Source: Balanoglossus misakiensis
Taxonomy: Eukaryota; Animalia; Hemichordata
Direction of reading: 5' to 3'
Assembly (NCBI GenBank): GCA_040954595.2
Contig: CM082576.2
Coordinates: 1 to 64,000 of the forward strand
Length of the DNA: 64,000 bases
The translations under genes were made by a program, and so were the position numbers. Position 1 is the stretch's first letter. Every line of letters begins with the position of its first letter. This document shows, one piece after another, positions 50,512 to 62,570 of the stretch. Under the pieces are notes generated by a model that saw only the letters and a program-made list of their open reading frames with translations, made no database searches and was not told the DNA's origin.

Positions 50512-51405
50512 ATGAGACATAGTAATTTACAATTTCTATATAGCCACCAAAGTGAAACTATGATAAAACCATATTAAAATTTTCAGTTTTAGGTTCTGAC
50601 AATTGCATCTGCAACATATCCTCATTTTTGTGTTAAAAATGCTATTTTGGTAAAAAAAAAATCTCAAATTGTGTAGTTAATTGATGCTCTAGTAAATTAT
50701 ACTTTGTTTTTGGCGTACATTTTTAAGATTTTTTTTTACAATTTCAGTTATTTTGAATGAATCAGCATAATATCTTCATTTTCAGTGAAAATGCCAAAAT
50801 TCACCATTTTTGGTCAAAAATCTCAGTTGGGCGACACATTTTTCAGTAGAAGTGACCTGATTTTATATCAGTAGCTTACCACCCATCATTTCCAGCTAAT
50901 TTCATGTAGGACAAAACTCCTATACAACAAATTGACATTTCTAGAGCCTTTTTGGTGCTTGGGCCCATAGCCTATATTATTCACGTAGGTAGCAGGATGT
51001 TGCGACGAGTGATGGAGATCTTACCTGCTTCCGGGTCTACATCGATGATCGTTTGGGGAGTGTAGGTATTCTGTCTTCGACTAGGCGAAACAGGACGTAC
51101 CCCGGATAACGTGTCCACAAGTCCGCTCATCCACCATGACGATGATGATAGTGTGGCGTCGGTATCTCGGGCACGGACGGTCGTTGCCACTAGTATGAGT
51201 GAAAGCATCGCAAAGAAAGTACGGTTGCTCGTTTGTTCGTTGTGTGTTGTCGACAACGATGGCAGACGCCCTCATACGACTATTGTTATCACCCGCCACT
51301 CACGTACACATATCATGTCGTATCCGATGTAGTCTAGATATCAATATCCGGAAGAAATTTTTTTCATGTTCAATTTCAATTTAAAGAAAGTACGCTTTGG
51401 CACGT

Positions 51406-51539
51406 GGTCCCCCAATGCCCAAATTCAAGTCCCCCAGAGCCCAACTTCAAGTCTCCCAATGCCCAACTTCAAGCCCCCAATGCCCAACTTCAAGTCTCCC
51501 AATGCCCAACTTACTTAATAGCTTGGGCATTAGGGGACC
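51406..51539. repeat. Small fold-back unit: GGTCCCCCAATGCCCAA ... TTGGGCATTAGGGGACC enclosing ~21-22-bp CCCAATGCCCAACTTCAAG repeats
   Basis: Directly visible imperfect inverted termini and 4-5 internal direct repeats. Confidence 0.75.
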
Positions 51540-52014
51540 TGAACCATTTTTTTAGTGGCGAGGTTAGTTCAAGGTCAAGAGGGTTAGACCCGAATTTAGT
51601 TTCAATTCATACATTTAACATGCCTTTTGGTTGTCAACTTTTTATAATATTATGATATAAAAAACTTTATTTGAAAATATTTTGTTTTCACACCTGTTCA
51701 ACTATTTTTCAGGAATGGTGTGTCCTATTTAAATCTGAAAACAGTTTTAGAAAGGAAATCTTCTCCTTCTATAACATAAAAAAGGGGTCAAAGGTATAGA
51801 AATAATTTTTTATACTATATCAAACTAAACATATAAATTTACTTGAAATTTGACTCCACTTTGCGAAAACGTTGCGGTAAAGGTGGACATAGTTGCAGAC
51901 CCCATTCCGCGAGAACGGAGTTGTAAAACAGGATAAAGATGCGGATCTCACTCTGCGAGAACGGCGCAGTCAAACAGGCCATAGTTATGAAGTGGATACC
52001 TAATACCAGATAAT

Positions 52015-52131
52015 GTCACGTGACCTGAAATATGGCCGCCAGTGTAAACCTGTAGAATGGTGGAATTCATGCACGAACAAAAATCATAATGCAAACGTAT
52101 AATCTTTATGTCCTGAGCAGCACATATTACA
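52015..52131 (+). promoter_or_regulatory. Candidate promoter and non-coding first exon of the first fucosyltransferase-like gene
   Basis: Palindromic E-box GTCACGTGAC (52015-52024), YY1-like AAATATGGCCGCC (52028-52040), donor A|GTAAGT at 52132, and a pyrimidine-rich acceptor ending at about 53103 upstream of ATG 53202. Confidence 0.35.
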
Positions 52132-53201
52132 GTAAGTATATCTTGTTTGAAACATTCGCAATCAAATTAAAATCAAACGTGTGTTTTGAGTGATGTTTCA
52201 ACTAGCTTCAATAAGAAATCTCATTTAATTCTGTCTCCCACACCTATCGATAACATGAAAACGTCCGGTGAGGGTGGCATTTCAGGTCAGCCTCCATACA
52301 AACAGTACGCAGCTATCGAGTTATGCGTCGCCAAGAGATGACAAGCTGATGCAAATGCAAGTAATATGGCCAAATGGTGAGGATTTTAGAGGATAGGGAA
52401 TAAACATTTGAAGTATTTTATTGTGAAAAAAATGTGTAAAATTTGGCAGCTATAGGGGCTTTAATAAAGTCAATATTGCAATGTAGAGACAAGTACTTGT
52501 AAAGTGGTTAGCACAAGATTCCAAATAAGTTGCACAAAAAATTATCCTCCCTCAGCCTGGTTTCTTCTGGACCGAGGGAGAACACTGGAGAGGGTTGTTC
52601 ATGCGAATTTCATCCGCTTATGTGGGGTGAGGGTCGCCGCGCCAGGGGAAAATGTCCTATATCTGTATGCTTCAACCTCCTGCCCGTCAGTTAAAATCGA
52701 ACTGTCATATGTTTATGAGATGCGACCAGAATATACAACATTTTTGCTCATTTGCATGTATGTTCCTTTAAAATCGGGAAATATAGTGCAGATTAATTCA
52801 AGCTGTGGTTTTTCGCGCCCACGTGACAGGACATCACGCGCACTTGTTTGTTTGTGTGTGTGCCCAGGCTCGTATGTGCGTGTGGATATTTTTTTTATTC
52901 GGAAAGCATAATTTGTAAGTTTAGAATAATTGCAGAGAGGGGGGACAGGGAAGGAAGCTACTATATACATATAATACAAAAAAATTTCATATTCGTCATT
53001 TTAGGCCAACACTAATATTTTAACACTGTCTCTCACGTCATCTGTATTAACAAGCAGAGTGCTATAAATCCTGTTATTTTTTACTCTACTGCTGCCCGTC
53101 AGATGGGTTCTTGTAAACAAGACATAAAGCTTATATATATTTTTATTCTAGAACGTCTCTTATTTTGTCTCTGTTGAACGCAGTGTCTCGATAGCGACAG
53201 C

Positions 53202-55967
53202 ATGAAGTTAAAACTTTTTATGTTGGTCATTGTTGTTGTGACTGCTGCATATACCCTGTTTATGATGTTGCCGGGAAGTGTTGTTTTGAGAGTCATTACT
53301 CTGCCGTACGAGTCGTGGAAGTTTTCCACCGAGTGTCTGCATAACCACACAGGGGAGACGCCTGAGCTACCGGTATCCTCTCCCGAATCACGTCGACTGA
53401 GCACGGAGATCAATGTAACAAAATCAACAAGCATACAAACGAATCAAGAAGAGAAAGACGGGGTAAAGAACATCGTCGCATCACTTGCTGGACAACCCAT
53501 TTTCATGTCCACCGTTAATACGACTGAGAAACCTGTCAAGGGCGGAAATAAGTCTTCAGAAATATCTGTTAAGAAGTCACAGTCAAGTATGAATTCACCC
53601 GATAGTAAATCGAACACTAATACAGATAAGTCCAGTTCATTAGAAAGTATTCCAAACGAGTATAGTTCTGAACACGATGGTCCAAAGATGCAAAGAAAAC
53701 GCTATCTTCTACCCATCGAATACTTCAACAGCGGGCCAAACTATCTGTACGGACTATTTACACAAGCGGCGATCTTGGCTATTCATCAAAACAGAGCAAT
53801 CGTTTTAATTTCCTTTCCCATACATGGCAGCCAAAGCCGTACAAGCATATCAGACCTCAGGCTGTTCAACTCAACTTTTGATGTTGACGAGCTAGGGATG
53901 GCCGTGCACACAGTGTCGCTCGCTGAATTCAAAGAGATTTGCAACGATACGGTGGATGCTGTTTTCGCGCCAAGCAGAACCTATTTTGAAGAAAGCAATT
54001 ATGAAAAACATGTAGAGGCGTACAGGAAGATATATGGACTGACTTTGCCCCCTCAGCGTTTCACAAAGAACAAACCTGTTTTATTCGAGGAGGGGCCAGA
54101 GATGGACGAGATCACATGTCTAGGAGTCTTTGGGTTGGGATCGACACAGAAGATACAATTGCCAGACCGAGAAAATATAACTCTCATGGTGAAGAAATAC
54201 CTGATGAGGCCAAAAAAGCTCCGGGAAACAGTTAAAAGGGTGGTTAACCGTATGTGTGACGGTAAACCTTACGCAGCAATGCATTTTAGGAATAAGAGTG
54301 GCGAGGCTCTAAGGTGAAATTTAAGTTTTTTTTCTTTCCTGGTTTTCATAAACGTTTTGTAAATTACAAAGTTAGGATAACAGTGAAGAGTGCCAAAATA
54401 CTGCAAAGGAGTGGATTATATACTGACATTGCGGTGTGCACATCCCTCCCAGTAACATGTCAGTTTTGAATAATCAAAGTGTGATATATGTAACAGTTAC
54501 TGCACAACATATTAATTCCTGTGTGTGTTCTTCCGTATTTACTTGGGAAAAGCGAAGTGTGACAGACAAAATGAACCGACAGACAGATGCATGGGCCAAT
54601 GGATACTAAGAATGGGGAGGGAAGAGAGATGACAGGATGTATTAATAACTTACTTTAAATCATTAGTGTCATCATGATAAGATGTTATCACTGTCTACTA
54701 CAACTGTCATTCCCGACTTACACCAAAGTTTGCTCCCGTTCAGGTGTCGTAAAAGGGGAGGGCCTTGTGACTTGCAAGTGGATCAATTGAACCATAACGT
54801 TGCAAACATTGCAGATGACATCAAACTGTTAATGAAGAAAAATAAACTGGAATGCATCTATGTTGCATATCCAGATTTTTCGTGGGTAAGTAAAATTTTA
54901 CAGTATGGTCCGTGTTTTATAATTTTGATGAAGTAATGCTGGGTGACTGGGTGGATGGCTGATTGGGAGGGTGGGTTTTAGGCGAGTGACAGTGTTGGTT
55001 GAGTCAGATGAGGGACAGGAATGCTCACTCATCAGGAAAAAACGCGGGTACCACTCTTTCGTTTTGCACGAAGTCAAAAGATATATCTCTCGTCGATGTG
55101 ATGCTCAGTTTTTAGATTAATAGCAATAGTATTAGCCAATAAAACCCTATACAAATTATAAATTTTCAATGCTTTGGTTTAGTTTAGTGGAATCTTTTTG
55201 ATAATGTTTTCAAGTGTGAAACCTACAGGCTGTTGTACAAATATTAAGAGAGAAGAAGCTGAATGTGCTGGATCACGAGACGATCACCGGTGACAACTAT
55301 CCCAATATGGAAGTCTACCTGGCAGAGAATTATATGTTTTCACTATTCGAACAGGAGGTGTGTAAACGTAAGTCCCTGTATTAACAAATCGGCACTCGTG
55401 TACCCATGCGAGCAAAATTATTGCATTATCCTGATCATAAATGGGTAAATGACGCAAGGACTTTTGACAAATACGTCACTAAGGCGAACGTGGGAGCAAC
55501 ACATCTTCTGAAACTTGGACAAACAAATTTGACAGACATACCAGAAGATCACTGTAATTAACCCTAACCTAGCTGCAGAGACAACGTTTCTTGGCGTCTA
55601 AACTCCCAAATTAAAGTCAAGAGGCATCTGTCTGTCGGTTCATTTTGTCTGTCACACTTCGCTTTTCCCAAGTAAATACGGAAGAACAAAAAGCAAATAA
55701 TTTCCCAATAGTGTTTTGGCATTATGATTTAGCTGATTATCAAGAGTCAATATATTGCCATTTTTTATTTTTTTTAACACATGGACTTTACTAAACGAAT
55801 CAAGAGCTAACTTTAAATCACATCAATGATTTCGTTTTATTTCAGAGGCAGACTTATTCATAGCGACACAAAATTCTGCATGGTCTAATTTTATTCGAGG
55901 TGAACGAAACATTGACCATCAAGAAACAATCAATGTGGAGAATCTACCAAGCTGGAAACCATTGTAA
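53202..55967 (+). CDS. O-fucosyltransferase-fold (GT-B, POFUT-like family) type II membrane protein, paralogue 1, 504 aa; exons 53202-54313, 54744-54885, 55229-55367, 55846-55967
   Basis: N-terminal hydrophobic anchor, Ser/Thr-rich stem, RYLLPIEYFNSGPN, YAAMHFR (HxR), CIYVAYP, FEQEVCKQADLFIATQNSAWS. All introns are GT-AG (phases 2, 0, 1) and the joined CDS is 1515 nt, in frame. Confidence 0.85.
54526..55688. repeat. Perfect 65-bp inverted repeat pair (54526-54590 and 55624-55688) in introns 1 and 3
   Basis: TGTTCTTCCGTATTTACTTGGGAAAAGCGAAGTGTGACAGACAAAATGAACCGACAGACAGATGC and its exact reverse complement. Confidence 0.95.
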
Positions 55968-57137
55968 CGACTGTAAATGTATGAATCAAGTCTGTTTAAT
56001 GTATGTGTGAACAACTGTTCAGAAAAATGAACCTGTTCATTTGTTGGCAATTGCAAGATTAATTTTGAAAATTAAAACATACAATAGAAAGATTGCTTTG
56101 GTTCGATTATCGGCCCGGGAAACTGTTTAGATATCATAAGGTATTGGCATGACAATATGCCATTGCATACACTAGTATTAAGTTCAGTTAGGTTTATTTT
56201 TCAATATCAATATCAATTAAATCATATAATACAATTACGTTGAAGTCTAAAAGATACCGACTGAATTTGGTCAGCTATGCATGCGTGTTACAATATATTA
56301 AGCGTTGGGCATTTTGGAAATGCCAGTATGTATATCTGGCCAGCCAGAGTGATGGACCATGGGGAATGATTGATTTCAAGTCCAATTATATCAATGCCAC
56401 CTTGTCCTCATGCAAGGCACTTCATCTAGTAGAAGTGGGCCTGTGACTCCAATCTCAGCGATTAGAACTATCTTATATTAAGTGATAATGTAATGTACAT
56501 GATCGTCACAAACAATAAATAACAGTAATAAATATAATAATACCAAAATAATGATTTGGTTTACGCTGTGTGTATCATTTTATATACTAGTAGAATCTAC
56601 CTGCTCTGTTGACATATCACATGGGTGTGACACATGATTTAGGACATTCTGTGTTATTCTAAGGAGAAAAAATGAAGAAGTGATTTTTATGAAAACATGA
56701 TGGTGAACTCCCTTTCTTCTTATCTTTTGTTTTCAAAAAGACTCCAAACACACTTTAATATTTCAAATTGAAAGGTTTGGGGGAATGTTATCTGTACCCA
56801 TGGTGCGTACCACATTTTGTAACATCATCAATGATTTCGGATTTTCGTAAAAAGCACAAGGATTGCGGGGCGCTGAGTTTTTTATGTCGAACATTAACAA
56901 ATAAATTGCTTTAATGGGAATTTTATTCAAACAGCCCGATTTCAAACGTTTTCATATTCATATAGTACACGCGCGAGTTTTAAGTAGACAAAACAAATTG
57001 TGTACTACTTAGAGAGAAAACACAGGATAAGGTGGATCGGACAGATGTGACTCATTCTGCGTGCAATATGTTCTCTGTCACTGTCACGTGACAAAAGCAA
57101 TCATACTGAATTTGAAGTAGGATATTTCCTGTCCAGT

Positions 57138-60100
57138 ATGAAGTACAATCTTTTCTTGTTGTGCGTTTGTGTCACCGCTGCGTACACGGTGTACCTGATG
57201 GTCCCAGGGAATGTAGTTTTAGGCTTGACTGACCCACTGTATAAATCGTGGAAACTGTCCATAGATTATCTACAGAACAAGACTCAAATTGTTAACAACG
57301 CATCAACTCTTAACCACCGACCATCGAAAATTTACACATCTGGTTCTCCTGATGCAGGAATTGGTACGCCAACGTCAGGCGACCGGCAAATGAAGATATC
57401 CCCCAAGAAGCCAGCCAACAGTTCGGATCCAGATATCAGTACCGACAGGCAGCCGAATTCAGACGGTGACCAAGCTGTCGACAGTCTTGTTACTAAAAAC
57501 AAGCGATCAAATGCATCATCGAAACGCTATCTTCTGCCCATCGAATACTACAACAGTGGGCCAAACTATCTGTATGGACTTTTCAAGGCGGCATTGTCGT
57601 TGGCCATATACCAAAACCGAACGATTGTTTTGGTATCTTTCCCCAAACACGGGCAGCAAAGCCACTTGCGCGTGTCCGATCTGGAGATGTTCAACGCAAC
57701 ATTTAATGTTGAAGAGCTACGAACTATAGTCGATACGGTTTCAATGGAGGAATTTAAAGAGGCTTGCAATGATTCAGTGGAAGCTGTTTTTACTCCTACT
57801 AGTCAAGAGGAGTTCTCAGGCCTAATCTCCAATTACCGTAAACACGTCGGCGCGTTCCGACATCTTTACGGATTGTCCCTGCCCGAGTCGCAGCATATCA
57901 AGAACAAGCCTATCCTTTTTGGAGACAGCCAGGGAACAAAAGTAGACGAAGTAAAGTGTCTTGGTGTTTTTCAACTGATGTCTGTGAAAAATCTTAATAT
58001 ACCGGACAGAAATAATATAGAACTCCAAATTCAGAAGCATTTGGTGAGGTCAAAAGTGGTACATGAAATGGCCATGCAGATAGCATCAAAAATGTGCGAT
58101 AACAAACCATACTTGGCGATGCACTTCAGGAACAAGTCTGGACAAGGATTAGGTTATATGTAAGCATTATAAGCATGTATGTGTTGGTGTATATATTGTA
58201 TGGGTTGTCTAAACTTTTTTATATTGACGGTGTATCAATGTAGCATTTAGGGCCTATCCCCCTCCTTCCAACCCGTGTTTGCATGAGCGTATACATGTGT
58301 GCACGTTTGTTAGTGCGTGTGTCTGTGGTATTGACATCTCAAATATAATAATCGCATTAAAACCAAATTTAGACAGGCACATATTTTAGTGGCAACCACC
58401 GATCAGATGGTAGTATTGGCATATAAAAAGAATAACTGCACCAAATTTGATTAATCCTACCAAAGATGTCATGTCTATACATCCACAAGAGATCAACACT
58501 TTGAATGTTCAAATCGGGAAGTGGTTAACCTGTCTCATTTTCTAGCTGCCCAAATGCATCTGCGCCATGTTACCTGGGACCATCACAACAGAACAGAAAT
58601 GCCGTCAACATAGTCAAGGACATAAGTGTATTAATGAAGGAGCGACATCTTTCTTACATGTACATTGCCCATCCTCTGTTCTCGCCGGTAAGTATACAAA
58701 GGTAATGCATTTTGCAGAGAATCGTACACCACTAAATTGTCCGTTATGGTTATGGGCCCTCGCCCATTCTGACCATAAGTTGCGCACTACGGAATTCAAT
58801 GATACTGACACCGAGCAGTATGGGTGAATCTATTTAGTTATGGCACATATGCCACAAAACAAATGAGGACATCCAGTCGGACGTGTGGATATCTAACAGA
58901 ATAACACTTTCCTCAAATGCCTCTTTGTTGTCTGCAAGATTGACACTGTTGTAAATGGTGTCAAAATATTTCAAAACTTCATTTTTCCGACTTAACTCAT
59001 ACGTGATGAATTGATAGGAAGTCCTACTTTTGATGAATGAACGAATTACCTTTTTACACACATTTCTTTTAAATAATTTGTTCATTATATAAAGTAGAAT
59101 CGAATAATTTTGAATACAAGACTAACTTATTTTAGTCAATGATTAGCTGGGGCGACAATTTATATTAATTTTGTTCAGGATAACACGTAGTTGGAGACAA
59201 ATATCGCCATATAAATGTAACAGCTTGGTCCGAACGAACGGACACGATATCAAAACAATGAATATTAATCTCCAAAGTCAACAAAGCTTTATCATAGAGA
59301 AACTGGTAATAATATGGCTGAATTCAATAGTGAATATAGCTGTGAACAGCAATAAGCGGGTTTCGAGACACTACTAGCCCTATTGGTTCGCCTGGAGATA
59401 GATTTGTGCATATTTAATTACTGCATTAGTTGTTCTATCACTCCAAATGCCAAGGGTGTATGTGCTGTGGATGCTGAGATGTGGAAAAGTAGGTCAAAGG
59501 TCACGTGAGGTCACGCTTAATATGAGCAGAAAATGTTTACGCTATACTGGTCCATGTCAAACAAAAACCAGACCTGTAGCCCTACTGGTTTGCCTGGAAT
59601 TAGGTATGCACATAATTAATGAGTTAGGCAGGTGTCACAGGTGACTCTAAAATTTGGCTTCTTATTTTGGTCCCGTCCACCCAAACACCTAAGCTGTACC
59701 TGCTCTGGATGCCGAGATATGTGAAAGTAGGTCAAAGGTCACCCAAGGACATCCAAAGTTTGGGAAAAAAAATTGTCCCCATACTGGTCCATGTCCGACA
59801 AAAACCAGACCTGTAGCCCTATTGGTTTGCCTGGAATTAGGTATGCACATAGTTAATGAGTTAAGCAGGTGTCACAGGTGAGCCTTAAATTTGGCTTCTT
59901 ATTTTGGTCCCGTCCACCCAAACACCTAAGCTGTACCTGCTCTGGATGCCGAGATATGTGAAAGTAGGTCAAAGGTCACCCAAGGACATCCAAAGTTTGG
60001 GAAAAAAAAATTTCCCCATACTGGTCCATGTCCGACAAAAACCAGACCTGTAGCCCTATTGGTTTGCCTGGAATTAGGTATGCACATAGTTAATGAGTTA

Positions 60101-61467
60101 AGCAGGTGTCACAGGTGAGCCTTAAATTTGGCTTCTTATTTTGGTCCCGTCCACCCAAACACCTAAGCTGTACCTGCTCTGGATGCCGAGATATGTGAAA
60201 GTAGGTCAAAGGTCACCCAAGGACATCCAAAGTTTGGGGGAAAAAATTGTCCCCATACTGGTCCATGTCCGACAAAAACCAGACCTGTAGCCCTATTGGT
60301 TTGTCTGGAATTAGGTATGCACATAGTTAATGAATTAAGCAGGTGTCACAGGTGAGCCTTAAATTTGGCTTCTTATTTTGGTCCCATCCACCCAAACACC
60401 TAAGCTGTACCTGCTCTGGATGCTGAGGTATGCGAAAGTAGGTCAAAGGTCACCCAAGGTCACCCAAAATTTGGGGGAAAAATTTGACCCCATACTGGTC
60501 CATGTCCGACAAAAACCAGACCTGTAGCCCTATTGGTTTGCCTGGAATTAGGTATGTACATAGTTAATGAGTTAAGCAGGTGTCACAGGTGAGCCTTAAA
60601 TTTGGCTTCTTATTTTGGTCCCATCCACCCAAACACCTAAGCTGTATCTGCTCTGGATGCTGAGATATGCGAAAGTAGGTCAAAGGTCACCCAAGGTCAC
60701 CCAAAATGTGGGGAAAAAATTTGACCCCATACTGGTCCATGTCCGACAAAAACCAGACCTGTAGCCCTATTGGTTTGCCTGGAATTAGGTATGCACATAA
60801 TTAATGAGTTGAGCAGGTGTCACAGGTGAGCCTTAAATTTGGCTTCTTATTTTGGTCCTATGCTGCAGACTATTGCACCGACCAGAATTCTACAAAACTA
60901 TGTGGCCATAGCTTAAGTATAGTGGAATAAGTATAGGTATAGATTTCATAAAAAAATTAATATAAAAAAATCGGTCGATTTTCCATATTATTTTTTCCAG
61001 TTAGAACTGATTGTCGGAAGGTAGGCTAGCTGCACACAAAATTTGAAGCTGATCAGCCCAGCGGATGTTGAGATATTGGGCATAAATCTAAAATCCTAGG
61101 GGGCCATTGCTTAACCATGGAAAGTATAGGCCAATGGCTGGGTCCAATGGTCATGGAAAATATGAAAAATAATGCTTTAAAAATCATCTCCTCAAAATCG
61201 GCAAGGACTTAGACATTGAAATTTGGCATATAGGACCCTGGCCATATGGTCCACAAAGTTTCTGAACAGAATTTGGATTCTTCATTTTTTATGCAAATTA
61301 GACCAATTTAAAAGTTTAAATCCAAGATGGCTGCCAGGTCATGTGACCTGTTGCCATAGTGACATGATCAAAAAATTACTTGCTTTGAGTTTTACCTATG
61401 AGCCAAATTTCAAGTCATTGGGTGCAACGGTCTTCGAATAGCGGCTGTTTTTAAAAGTGGGAAGAAG

Positions 61468-61500
<33 letters not shown>

Positions 61501-62333
61501 CAACACGATTTCAAGAGGGTTTCGAGACCCCTCTGGTCTCGAAACCCTAAATATCAAAAAAGAAGTATATTTAACCCAACTGACGAAATATACCCTGCAT
61601 ACAAGAAAAACTGTAGGTAAATGAACTACGTAATGATTGAAAAGTTACATGGAACGTTAGACACCTATTGAACTCCAATTAAATGCATGCGGACCAGATT
61701 CGTAATCTTCACATATGAGGCTTATATTGTCATACAGCGCCCTCTTCATTTACAACAGGCTATCATGGATATAATGAGAAATGGTAACTTGCCAAATGTG
61801 ATAGACCAAAAGAATGTTACAGCTGCGAGTTACCCTAATATAGATATCTTCAAAGTAGATGGATATATGTTGTCGCTGTTGGAACAGGAGATTTGTAAAC
61901 GTAAGTGTTTAAAAGTTATTGATATTTCAAAGTTAATCACGGTTCAACAAAGTGAATAACGCGTTAATATTTCTTGCCTTAGTCAGTAACACGACGTTTA
62001 CTGGAAGGTAGACTTTCAAACTTTATTAACAGCTGAATTTTCCAGAGTTGTGAATATTGTTTACCCCGGTACTCAGGACGTGCTGGAGGTGTCTATCTGT
62101 GACCCAGACTACCCTGCCAATTAGACCTCTGACAACATGTGTTGGATGCATGGTGGGTAAACGGCAAGAATGTGCACTAACAAGAATGTTACCATTTTCA
62201 ATTTCCAGGAGCAGACCTTTTTGTAGCCTCGCTGAAATCATCCTGGTCTGGCTTCATCAAATCTGAAAGACGAGTTCTTGGTTTAGAGAGTATCGACGTG
62301 GAGGCTCTGTCCGGCTGGACACCAATTCAATGA
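57138..62333 (+). CDS. O-fucosyltransferase-fold type II membrane protein, paralogue 2, 476 aa; exons 57138-58159, 58546-58687, 61759-61900, 62209-62333
   Basis: Same motifs (RYLLPIEYYNSGPN, YLAMHFR, YMYIAHP, LEQEICKRADLFVASLKSSWS) and the same intron phases as paralogue 1. GTAAG donors; joined CDS 1431 nt, in frame. Confidence 0.85.
59333..61549 (-). mobile_element. Second HINE-type element in intron 2 of paralogue 2, with 6 x 237-bp internal repeats
   Basis: Hairpin AGGGTTTCGAGACC-5 nt-GGTCTCGAAACCCT (61516-61548); adjacent (AAT)n/(AAG)n; repeat anchors at 59489, 59727, 59964, 60201, 60438 and 60675; subTIR at 59358-59369; palindrome GCTGTGAACAGC at 59339-59350. Confidence 0.85.
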
Positions 62334-62570
62334 CCATGACCAAATTTTTTAGAGAGGTACTTGCCGTTTGTGGTGTTCGCCGTCTACATAGTGAAGACAT
62401 TGAGGGGAATATGAAATCCTTTTGGATGGGTCAGGCACGTACCAGTACTGTGCATGCATAATGACGGGCATGTTCAAAAGCTGTATACGTATAAATGCGT
62501 TAACAATGTTTGCACACGTATACAGTAGCAAATACATACTGGGCAGATCTTTCAGTTTAGTATAGATTTA

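Larger units (their letters stand above)
48292..51208 (-). pseudogene. Disrupted multi-exon gene remnant: signal-peptide-like first exon plus coiled-coil-like exon split by the HINE
   Basis: Exon 51208-51025 MLSLILVATTVRA...DPEA G|GTAAG. Possible 40-nt exon 50919-50880 (TAG|...|GTAAG). Exon 49951-49941 + 48454-48292 follows a TTATTTCAG acceptor and reads ARIIELENTLDQLSSDFSQISQQLVSAKEDTLELQDQLAAEKQSLESDIVTADSRIQ*. Phases do not join cleanly, so linkage of these exons is inferred. Confidence 0.45.

Noticed and set aside
51381-52464. Kolobok-like TTAA-bounded element (TTAAAGAAAGTACGC ... GCTATAGGGGCTTTAA)
   Set aside because: The two ends are not complementary beyond TTAAAG; at best they are fragments of separate elements.
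58150-58163. Single-exon 341-aa and 371-aa products as given in the ORF track
   Set aside because: Both ORFs run into introns. Downstream exons with matching phases supply the remaining fucosyltransferase motifs.
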